A stretch of 64,000 nucleotides of DNA. It comes from Prasinococcaceae sp. CCMP 1430. Lineage: Eukaryota > Plantae > Prasinodermophyta. Position numbers and translations under genes: made by a program. A model generated the notes under the pieces. It was given only the letters and a program-made list of their open reading frames with translations, did no database searches and was not told where the DNA came from. The stretch is taken from assembly GCA_013416795.1 (NCBI GenBank), contig RQSC01000056.1:64047-128046 (forward strand), written 5' to 3'. Positions 10,753 to 19,958 of the stretch are shown here, piece after piece. Numbering within the stretch: position 1 is the stretch's first letter; each line of letters opens with the position of its first letter.

Positions 10753-13416
10753 ATGGCGATGGCGTCGGCAGTCACCGCGCTGCCCCTTGGCCGGCCGCCC
10801 CGTACTTCGGCGACGCTCGCTGACGCGCGCAGCCGCGGCCGGAGCCGTCGTGCACGCCCGCGCGCCTGTGCGTACGAGGTGCGCGTGCGTGTGGCAGATC
10901 AGCGTGGCGCAGGCACAAAAGCCAGCGTTCTTCTGACGCTTGTCGGCGACGAAGGCAAAATGACAGACATTGAGATCAAAGCTGATGATGGCCTGTGGGG
11001 ACGTCTTCGTGGCTTCAGCAAAGGCGGCACGGAGTACCACACGCTTGAGGATGGCGCTCAGGTTGGCGAGCCCGGGGCAATCGTTCTCAGGATGAACACA
11101 GCAGACGACGATGGCTTCAATGCGCTGGAGAGGCGGATCCGGAAGGCGATCGTGGATGGCTCACCCGATATCCCCAAAGCAACGAGTGCCTACATCTTGC
11201 GAGACTTCGACGTGTATCACGACATTGACGACGCGCTGGGCGTGGCTGAGGTCGACGTGAGGTGCGTCGCCACCAACCGCATGTGGCGTTTCCCGCTGTA
11301 CACGTGGCTCTCCGCTGCCGAGGGCAAGCGCGAGGCGGCCGTCGCTTTCTGCGGGCGCGGCTGCCTGCCGCAGGAGACGCCGGATCACCTCAAGTTCTTC
11401 CGCGAGATGGATCGGAAATTCGGGAGCTATGCGATTCAGCTGAACAGCGTTAAAGGGGGAGCGGTGGCAGCGGCAGTCAAGCTGCCATTGCCCATATCGG
11501 AGGCCTTCAACGACGGGAAGAGGGCGACTTTCGTCGGTGGGGCAGCGCGCGTCGTCACCAGCCGACTCAAATTTTGTTCTTGCCCCGGGGGGTCGACGAA
11601 GATGGCGCTTTCACGTCCGTGCGCAAGGCTTCGTCAGCGGTGCACAAGACGCTCCGTGACAAGGCCAACGGCCCCGACGGCTCGCCTGATGCCTTCGCCG
11701 ACGAAACCTTTGGTGCCATGTTCCTTGCAGGCCCGCTTGCGGGCTACTTCGAGCGTGTTGAAGCAGATGAGGGCGGCGCACTGCTGCCCGAGCGGCTGAA
11801 GCGCGCGGGGATTGATGACAAGCTATTCGAGGGGCATCCATATGCGCCGCCAAAGGGCGCAACGCTCGCCAGCGAAGCAAGAGCAGGTCGGCTCTTCTGG
11901 ACGTCGGCGAAGTCGCTCGAAGGCTGCGCGCTGCCTGATTCCCATCTCAAGCACATCAAGCACCACGTCTCGCCCGGGGCTGCCGTATTGCTGCTCTCGC
12001 GGCCCGACCTGTCGCCGCCGCAGCTGCTGCCGCTGGCAATCTCGTTGGAGGAGCACAAAGGGGCACCGCTCTTTAAACCGGACGACGAAGAGTGGGCCTG
12101 GCGCACGGCCAAAGCCCACGTCTTGTGCAATCTGGCGCTCGTACATCAGGTGGGCCTACACTGGAGCGAATGCCACGCCGCCGCTGAGCCCATGTGCGGT
12201 GCCGTTCAGAGCCGGCTGTCGTACCTGCATCCGCTGCGGCGCCTGCTCATGCCGCACATCAACTACACGCTGGCCATCAACGCCTCAGCGCGCGGGACCC
12301 TCCTTCAGCCAAGGGGCGTCATCGAGACGCTATTCGTAGCTGGCCCCAACGGTGTGGACTTCGACCAAGAAACTGCCGAGGCATGGTCCAAGGAACTGGG
12401 CGTGAAGGTGAAGCCCACCAAAGTCAGCTTTGCAGCCAACTACTGGGCCAAGTGGGAGGGCTACACGGACCTGCCACGCATGCTCGAAAAGCGCGGGCTG
12501 AAGGAGTCGGCCGGCCTGCCGGACGACATGTTCCCCTTCCGCGCCGATGCGCTGCCGCTGTGGGACGCCATCAACACGTGGGTGGGCGAATACCTGGGTG
12601 TGTGGTATGAGAGCGACCAGGACTGCGTAGAGGATGACGAACTCAAAGAGATGATCGACGAGCTCGTGAAGGGGCTTGGCAACTGCCCCGAGGGCGTGCG
12701 CATAAAGTACGCTGAGGCGGCGACATCAAAGAAAGAGCTGCATTCTCTGATCGCGTCTTTCATCTTCCAAGTGAGCGTCATGCACGCGGCGCGCAACTTC
12801 ACGCAACATAAGTGGTTCGGCGCGATCGGTCTCGCGCCCTTCAATGTGCGCACGCCGCCGCCGTCCGACAAGACGGGATGCGACCAGCAAAGCTTCTGCG
12901 ATATGCTGCCGAGTCCCCAGGACACTCTGAGCGGCGTAGGCATCGTGAAGCTACTCTCGACGGTGCGTGCGCATGCGTTCACATCTGCTCCGCAGAGGTG
13001 CACATGCAACGGCAACATCGCGTTCGCGCCGCGCTGCGATGGCGAGCGCGTTGCCCGGCCGCGTTGGTGGTGTCCCTGCTGCATTGCACGTTCTTGCACG
13101 CCGTGTGCGCGCGCGTGCAGCTGCCTCAGCACATACGAACGCTGCGATGGCAGCGCGTACAGCTCGCTGACCGGTCTGGCTTTCTTCCGCGATCCCCCGA
13201 CATGGTCGTATCTAGTACTCAAAAGGCGACCAGTACCTCGGTAGGCCTTCACGTGACTGGATCGAGTGCCCTGAGGCCGAGCGTGCGCAAGCAAAATACC
13301 GCAAGCGCTTGGACAAGGCCACCAGGGCCGCTTGGAAGCGTGAGCTTGCACGCAGAGAGGCACAAGCGATCTCGTACGACGCGCTGCTCAAAGTTCCGAC
13401 GTCTGTCGCTATCTAA
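10753..13416 (+). CDS. LOX: Lipoxygenase with N-terminal PLAT domain and putative plastid transit peptide (exons ~10753-11536, 11602-12962, 13216-13416)
   Basis: PLAT: YEVRVRVADQRGAGTKASVLLTLVG. Iron ligands: HQVGLHWSECH, HAARNF and C-terminal PTSVAI*. Also HPLRRLLMPH...INASARGTL. Intron 12963-13215 (GTGCGT...TAG) gives KLLST|YSKGDQYLG. The frame change near 11540-11600 is explained by a 65-nt intron (11537-11601) or by a 1-nt indel. Confidence 0.92.
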
Positions 13417-13590
13417 GTATGATAGCTAGCTCTTCGATGCTGCTGGTTGCTGGAGTCACGCACACAGTTGGTGGCTTGCGGAGTGGCGCCTAGCGGCTCT
13501 ACTGAGAAGAACGATCGTGCAGAGAGAGAGGGGGGCAGTTGACGTCGTGCGCAAACCAGTACTACAGGTATCGTACAAGAGGGCCGGCTA

Positions 13591-13657
13591 AGGGGGGGGG
13601 GAGGGGGGGGGAAGAGAGGAGACAGAAAGAGATACGGATTCAGAGACAGAGACAGAG
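13591..13657 (+). repeat. G-tract plus (GA)/(GACAGA)-rich low-complexity microsatellite
   Basis: GGGGGGGGGGAGGGGGGGGGAAGAGAGGAGACAGAAAGAGA...CAGAGACAGAGACAGAG, immediately upstream of repeat copy 2. Confidence 0.8.
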
Positions 13658-13679
13658 TAGTAAGATATTTGGCGCCCCT

Positions 13680-14141
13680 CAGTGACGCCCGAACGCCGAG
13701 GAGCGCTGAGAATGCTGCATGGCGTACGCTTTGCAGCTCAGCTTTGCATCTCATACGAAACCCTCCCTGAACCCCAAACATTGCACCGCGAACTCTGGCG
13801 GAGTGGCCGTGCCAGCTGCGCCGCACCCGTCCGCGTCCTCTGGCCGCGTCACCGCGTTGCTCATCAAGCAGCGGCTCCTACGCGTCTGACGCGAAGAAGA
13901 CGAGGCAGGCTTGCGAGCTCACGTCGGACCCTCTGGTGCCAGCGCAGCGCGCGAGCTCGCCAGCATTCTCTGTTGGATTCGAGCTTTTGTTTTGATGAGC
14001 CTTGGATGTCGCAGATTGGTTGAGATTTGACATTGGAGGCGAGTTCAAGATGATGCAATTTGATACGGACCCGTCGTGGGAGAACGCGGTGGTGCTATCG
14101 ATTTGGCGGTTGGCCGCGTTCTCTTTTAAACGAAGGTGCGC
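13680..14141 (+). repeat. ~455-bp dispersed direct repeat, copy 2
   Basis: Colinear with 6119-6577 and in the same orientation. It lies ~640 bp upstream of the LRR gene ATG, as copy 1 does for the 7221 gene. Confidence 0.95.
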
Positions 14142-14781
14142 ACGCCGCGGGCCGGAGGAAATCTTTGCCATAGATACGGTTGCACACGTCAGCGAGCCCG
14201 TGCGTGGGTGTGGTTCGCCTTACTAAGCAACCAGAGCTTGCGCTCGGAGCCTCGGAGGCAGCAGTTGTGCGGCTGCGGTTAACACTGGCGCCCGCGAACG
14301 CGCGCCCGCACACCGCGATGCCGCGCCTTTTGCACTCGTCGGTGTAGGATCGCGCTGACCCCTTCTGTAGTGTCCAGCACTGCATGCGGCCCGCAAAGGG
14401 AGTGTGTGGCGAGGCACATAGTGGCACACAGTGCGCGCGTCGAGCGCAGGCGGGGCCGTGGGCACAGTGCAGGCTGCGCAGTGCGCCGGTGGCATAACGC
14501 GCCCGCCCGACACGGCGGCACAGCGGAGCGAGTGGGACGCGCGCCGAGCACGTCTTCCTTTCAGTAGCGGCGCGGGGCAGCATAGCGCGGCAACGCGGAG
14601 CAGCGGGGCAGCACGGCAGAGGTAGCGCAGAGGGCGTTGTCTGCGCAAGACGACTGCAACAAGTGACGATGAAGCGCAGCGCTGAGTGAGTCTGAGGACA
14701 GCTCAAAGCGAAAACGTGCAGCGCGACAGCAGCACAACGATATCTCGGCGTACTGAGCGGCCCGCTTTCGTGCTGTGCACC

Positions 14782-17700
14782 ATGAGGCCCGGCGGTGATG
14801 TGCTACTCATTATACTGTGGCCGCTGCGCGCGTGGCTTGCAAGCCTCTCAATGGCTGCCCCTTCGACGGCAGCGTCCACTTCGCCCCAGCGCATGTGGCT
14901 CGCTACTTGTGGATCGTGCAAGTTCTTCGATGAAGGCGGCACGCTGGTGCGCGAGACACCACCGAGTGATTGCCAGAGCCATAGCTGCTGCGGTCAGTGC
15001 GTTTCCCTCAACCTAGGGGAGTGCGCAACCTGTGGCAACCTGAGGGCGCTATCGCAGAATGTCTTCGAAGGCATGTCCGAGCTCGAAAGTCTGGACCTGG
15101 AAGACAACAATTTGATGTCGCTGCCGAAAGACATATTCGCCGATCTGACCAGCCTTCAGGATCTGGACGTGAGCAACAACCAGCTGCGCTCGCTGGCAAA
15201 CGAGCCATTCGCGGATCTGACCAGCCTGCTCAGGCTGGACGTGAGCAACAACCTGCTGGGCTCGCTGGCAAACGAGCCGCTGGCAAACAAGCCATTCGCG
15301 GACCTAGACAAATTGGAGAAGCTGGACATGGGCCAAAATCAGCTGAGCTCGCTGCCGATTGGAACGTTCGACGGCCTGCGTAACCTTCAGACGCTCGCCA
15401 TGGACGACAACAATCTGATCTCCAGTTCGCTGTCGACTGGAGTGTTCGCGGACCTGGTCAACCTGACGGTGCTTGGCATGAGCAGAAATCAACTGCGCGC
15501 GCCGCTGTCGGACGGAACATTCACAGGCTTGGCCACGCTTGAGGAGCTATACATGAAGCAAAATCAGTTAGGCTCGCTGCCGAACGGAACATTCGCGGGG
15601 CTGACCGGGTTGCTGGTTCTGAGCCTCAGAGACAATCAGCTGAGCTCGCTGTCAAGCAGAGCGTTTATGCATCTGACAAAGCTACAAAAGCTATTCATCA
15701 GCAACAACCCGCTAGACGCGGCCTCGCTGTCGGACGGGCCATTCACGGACCCGGAGTACCTGAAAGACCTTGAGAACCTGTATATGAGAGATTGCAAGCT
15801 GAGCAAGCTGCCGGATCGAGCGTTCGCCGGCCTTGGCAAGCTGCGGGTGCTAGGCATCAGGGACAACCCACTGCGCGAGCTATCGAGCGAGTCTTTTGTG
15901 AATCTGGCCAGCCTTGAAGTGCTGGACATGCGCGACAACGATCTCAACGGATCTCAACCGATGGGGCTGCTCAAGCCGCTGAGCAGCCTTACGACGCTCT
16001 CGCTGGGAAATACTAGTTCTAGTAGTACTGGTGTCGACGCAAGATCGGTGTGCTTCCACGAGTTGCCTCCGTTGGCGGTCGCGGAATACATTCGCGGGCT
16101 GCCTGTGACCGCGTGGAATAGTCGCCAATGCACCCCGACCGATTGCAGCCCGCTGCGATGTGGTACATGCGCGTTCGTGGTTGACTCTGGTACATTGCGT
16201 GCTTCTGACGAGAGTGGGAATGTCCGAGTCGCGCGTGATGAGTCTGCAACAACCACTGATTCGAGCATTTCGTGCGGCGATTGCGTTGGGCTCAACCTGT
16301 CATTCAGTGGCGTGCGCTCTTTCGAAAGTGGCGTGTTCGAGGGGCTCGACCAGCTCCGGTACCTGATCCTCGCCGACAGCGACGATGCGACTATACAGGA
16401 ACCCGTTTCTGGTGGTGCAAAGTCTGATACCGGTACGAATCACGGCCTACGGATCAACATGGTGTCGATGTTAGAGGCAACAAACAAAAACTTCACGCCA
16501 AACTTGGCGAGACTGGACGTGCGCTCGTTCGGCAGCTGCATCTTCTATCTGAACTACACCGGTGGGCGTGTAAAGGAAGGGATTACAGAGCTTCGACGCT
16601 GGTCACCTTTCGGCTTCAGAGATTGCGGTGTGATAGACGATACGGGGGAGAAGATCTCACCACGCAGCGGACTCCTGGACCTGGCGAATGCCGAACTGGA
16701 CAGCATTTCCTCCGATGTGTTTACAGAGCTGAGAGAGCTAAAGACGCTGAACCTTCGGAACAACAATATCTCAGCGTCTCCGCTTGTTCATCTTGAGAGC
16801 GCCAGAGACTTGGCATCAATTGAGACGATCGATCTACGCGACAACGACCTGCGGTCCTTGGAGCTAACGAGTAGCATTGATTGCTCTTATTTGTCTTCGG
16901 TGTCAGGCGAGGACGGCGTCAAACAGCCGGTGCTACAATTCCGTCCTGGCAATGACAAAATCAAACGCATCGCGCATCCCAGATTTTGTCCCTCCACCGA
17001 CAAGAACTGCACACCCACCTGCGAATGCCCCAAAGACGCGGGTTTCGGGAAGGTATTCGTGATGGTCAAAATCGAGGGCACCTATGTGTGCGTGGAAGAC
17101 TTCTGGCCGGATTTCTGGTACAAGTTTCTGCTGCCGCTCGTGGGGACGATCATTGTTGTTTTGTTCGCGTTAATGCTTCAAATGTGGCTACTTTCTGCCT
17201 TCCACAAGCACCACCGCCACGTCCACACGAGTAGGGGCGAGGCTGCAGAGCTCAGAGAAGTCACTCTCACGTCGCGATACCTGCAGTTCGGTGTTGCCGA
17301 GAGCATGGCTCTGCTTACGTCTGTCATGCTTTCGGTTGGCGATGTGGTGACGGACGTGCTCTTCATCACCGACTTTGTGAATGACACATGCAGGGAACTT
17401 CAGAAACCATCTATCGTCTTTTTGGCGGTTCCAGGAGGTATGATGCTCGCTGCTGGCATCGCTACCGTCATCGCTGGCATGGATCACATCGACTGGGAAA
17501 ACCGGCCGTGCCAAAGATGGCGTCCGAGTCGGCTGCTAGATGGTACGGAGCGTGCAAAAGACGTGTCCTATCCGACGCGACTCAGACTGCGAGTGGCTCG
17601 TCAGCCCGCTACAGACGAGGAGGGCTTCGCCCAGCGCCAGGTCGTCTCTAACGCGTCATCGCTCTTCACGCTGGCCGTGTGCGTGGCAGACTTCAACGCC

Positions 17701-18510
17701 ATCAAGCTCTTGCCGTGGACTGTCAGCAGGGTGCCTCCCAGCTGTTGCAAAGACGTATCCTTGCAGCAGGAGGAGGCGGAAGAGAACGAGCAGCGCGAGG
17801 AAGAGGAGAGGGCAGACAGGCTAGAGGAAAGAGCGGATGTGGAGGCGGCGGCGGCGGATGCCCAGGCGGTGGCAGAAGAGAACAGCCTGAGACAGAATGA
17901 GCGGCAGGCGTTGCGAGGGCTCCACGTTTGGCCCGACCCGACTCATCATCACCTGGCTTTTGGAAGGGAAAACATTTGGCCCGACCCGAATCCGAATCTT
18001 TATCACCGCACCCTCTCTGTGATACGGCGTTCTAGGATCTGGAATGGCCAGTGGACTCGGGCTTTTAGTAATAGGATGAGCAACCTGGAAGGGAGGTGCG
18101 AAGCTGTGCAAAAGAAACACACACGTCTGCGAGAGCGGTATGAAGCTCTGCAAGGGCAGCGCGACGCTCTGCAAGACTTTAGACGCCTGCAAAGGAAACT
18201 TTACCAGCCGCTCGCAGACAATGCATTTTCACCCGACTGGCAGCACCCATGCTCGCCGCTCTCGCCGCTGCGCGTGTGGGCCCTTGTCTGGGCGGCCATC
18301 GAAGACATTGCGCAGATCGCCATCCAGCTCACGTTTCTGCTCAACGACGCAGATAACTGCTACCCGACGTACAACGAGGCCACCGGAACGACGGTGTCGA
18401 TTGTATTCGGCGGGCTACGCCTGCTGCTAGGCACAGCATCAATGATAGCGACACTACGCGTCATGGCGCGGCGGCGGCGGCGCGCAAAAGAAAGTGAACG
18501 AGAAGACTAA
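14782..18510 (+). CDS. Signal peptide + LRR ectodomain + multi-pass XK-like membrane domain (receptor-like protein)
   Basis: Hydrophobic N-terminus (MRPGGDVLLIILWPLRAWLASL) and more than 15 typical 24-aa LRRs (LxxLDLxxNxLxxLPxxxFxxL). About 6 hydrophobic helices follow, with DVVTD, KLLPW and EDIAQIAIQL motifs and a charged coiled-coil loop. Single uninterrupted ORF. Confidence 0.85.
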   Translation: MRPGGDVLLIILWPLRAWLASLSMAAPSTAASTSPQRMWLATCGSCKFFDEGGTLVRETPPSDCQSHSCCGQCVSLNLGECATCGNLRALSQNVFEGMSELESLDLEDNNLMSLPKDIFADLTSLQDLDVSNNQLRSLANEPFADLTSLLRLDVSNNLLGSLANEPLANKPFADLDKLEKLDMGQNQLSSLPIGTFDGLRNLQTLAMDDNNLISSSLSTGVFADLVNLTVLGMSRNQLRAPLSDGTFTGLATLEELYMKQNQLGSLPNGTFAGLTGLLVLSLRDNQLSSLSSRAFMHLTKLQKLFISNNPLDAASLSDGPFTDPEYLKDLENLYMRDCKLSKLPDRAFAGLGKLRVLGIRDNPLRELSSESFVNLASLEVLDMRDNDLNGSQPMGLLKPLSSLTTLSLGNTSSSSTGVDARSVCFHELPPLAVAEYIRGLPVTAWNSRQCTPTDCSPLRCGTCAFVVDSGTLRASDESGNVRVARDESATTTDSSISCGDCVGLNLSFSGVRSFESGVFEGLDQLRYLILADSDDATIQEPVSGGAKSDTGTNHGLRINMVSMLEATNKNFTPNLARLDVRSFGSCIFYLNYTGGRVKEGITELRRWSPFGFRDCGVIDDTGEKISPRSGLLDLANAELDSISSDVFTELRELKTLNLRNNNISASPLVHLESARDLASIETIDLRDNDLRSLELTSSIDCSYLSSVSGEDGVKQPVLQFRPGNDKIKRIAHPRFCPSTDKNCTPTCECPKDAGFGKVFVMVKIEGTYVCVEDFWPDFWYKFLLPLVGTIIVVLFALMLQMWLLSAFHKHHRHVHTSRGEAAELREVTLTSRYLQFGVAESMALLTSVMLSVGDVVTDVLFITDFVNDTCRELQKPSIVFLAVPGGMMLAAGIATVIAGMDHIDWENRPCQRWRPSRLLDGTERAKDVSYPTRLRLRVARQPATDEEGFAQRQVVSNASSLFTLAVCVADFNAIKLLPWTVSRVPPSCCKDVSLQQEEAEENEQREEEERADRLEERADVEAAAADAQAVAEENSLRQNERQALRGLHVWPDPTHHHLAFGRENIWPDPNPNLYHRTLSVIRRSRIWNGQWTRAFSNRMSNLEGRCEAVQKKHTRLRERYEALQGQRDALQDFRRLQRKLYQPLADNAFSPDWQHPCSPLSPLRVWALVWAAIEDIAQIAIQLTFLLNDADNCYPTYNEATGTTVSIVFGGLRLLLGTASMIATLRVMARRRRRAKESERED

Positions 18511-18636
18511 GAAGTTAAGCGCGCGGCTTTGACCTACCGCCGGCGACGCAGGGCGGACGTGCGTTGCACAGAGCGTGACAGGGCGCGTGCGCGCTTGCGA
18601 CGCGCAGCCCTCGCAGCCCTCGCTCGCATACCAACC

Positions 18637-19710
18637 TCATCGCGGCGGCGCCTCCCCGCGGCTCCTCTGAGCGTCGATGATGATCTGCGCGAGCAGCTCG
18701 TCAGGCAGCGCCAGCGCGGCCGGGGTCGCGCCGTCGTCGTTGGCACGACCAGGCTCGGCCCCCCACTCGAGCAGCAGAGACACCACGCTCTGCTCCTTGG
18801 CCTCGGCGGCCGCTGCCAGCACCGTGTGACCCGTCGCGTCCGTTCTCTCCGGATCCGCGCCGGCGTCGAGGAGCATGCGCACGCACGCGGCGCGCCCTGC
18901 CATCGCCGCGCGGTGCATCGCGGTGAGGCCATTGCGGTCCGCGACGTTGAGTTTGATCGGCTGCCCCGAGGGCGTGCCGTCGGCGGCGCTGCCGCCCCTC
19001 GCCTCGAGGAGCGCCCCCAGGGCCTCCTCGCGCCCCTTGCTCGCGGCGAGCGACAGCGCGGTGGCGCCCGCGTTGGTCTTGGCGTTGAATACCTTGGAGG
19101 CGGCGGCTGCAGAGGGCGCGCGCGAAGGTGCGCGCACGTCAGCTGCGTGTGCGTTCAGTCGCCCTCGATCAGCCGGCAAGAGCACAAAAGCACACGCACC
19201 TCCCGCGTCCTGGCTCTCGGACTCGAGCAGCTCCCGGGCGTGCGCGCTCACAACAACCGCCATCGCACGCACTGCCGCGGCGAGCCCCTTCGCTGCGGCA
19301 GTGTGCATGGGCCCCCAGCCGGCTGCGTCCTTGCAGGCGATCAGTCTGACGGCGACGCCAGCCCGCTCCTCGCAGAGCCGCGCGGCAGCGGCGGCGTGGC
19401 CCTCGGCGACCGCGCGGTGCAGCGCGGAACGCTCGTCGGCATCGCGCGCGGTGAGGATAATGTCGTTGTCGAATGCCGCGAGGGCGTCCAGGTCTCCCTT
19501 GGACGCGGCCTCAATGGCGAGCTTGCGCAGCTCGACCTGCGCGAACGGGAATGCGGCGCCAGCACGAGCGCGCATCAGCACACAGCCAGCAATGTCAGCC
19601 TTGGCGCGCCAGCAGCGCCGCGTCGCACTAGGCCAGTGCCCGCACGGCGCGCCACGCGCTCGCACCTGCGCGTCCTTCGCTCCGCTCGACTGCCCCCCTG
19701 CTGCCGCCAT
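18637..19710 (-). CDS. Ankyrin-repeat protein (probably 1-2 introns)
   Basis: Repeats DADERSALHRAVAEGH, DAAGWGPMHTAAAKG, TNAGATALSLAASKG, DRNGLTAMHRAAMAG and DATGHTVLAAAA. ATG at 19710. A likely intron follows ...KDAQ|GTGCGA and ends ...CGCAG|. Confidence 0.85.
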   Translation of the reverse strand: MAAAGGQSSGAKDAQVRARGAPCGHWPSATRRCWRAKADIAGCVLMRARAGAAFPFAQVELRKLAIEAASKGDLDALAAFDNDIILTARDADERSALHRAVAEGHAAAAARLCEERAGVAVRLIACKDAAGWGPMHTAAAKGLAAAVRAMAVVVSAHARELLESESQDAGGACAFVLLPADRGRLNAHAADVRAPSRAPSAAAASKVFNAKTNAGATALSLAASKGREEALGALLEARGGSAADGTPSGQPIKLNVADRNGLTAMHRAAMAGRAACVRMLLDAGADPERTDATGHTVLAAAAEAKEQSVVSLLLEWGAEPGRANDDGATPAALALPDELLAQIIIDAQRSRGEAPPR

Positions 19711-19958
19711 AGCGCGTGCACCACTGCGCCCCTGTTGCGCGGTCTGGCGCCAGTATGGCACATTTCCATTTCCTGTGCCCGGCGCCACCACACAGCGCGC
19801 TCGCAGCGCGAGCGGCACGGGGTGCCGGCAGGAGAGGTGAGGCAGGGCGGCAGGCGGGCCGTCCGAGCGGCTCATCGCACACACTCGTCGGTAAGCGAGC
19901 GCTAGCAACCTCTCCGCCCGCCGGAGCCCGCACCCGCCTCGTCAACAGCCCGGCAGCG

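Noticed and set aside
11566-11576. AAATTTT as a programmed -1 frameshift site in LOX
   Set aside because: The heptamer is not in the X XXY YYZ register relative to the upstream frame. An intron or a simple indel explains the shift more simply.
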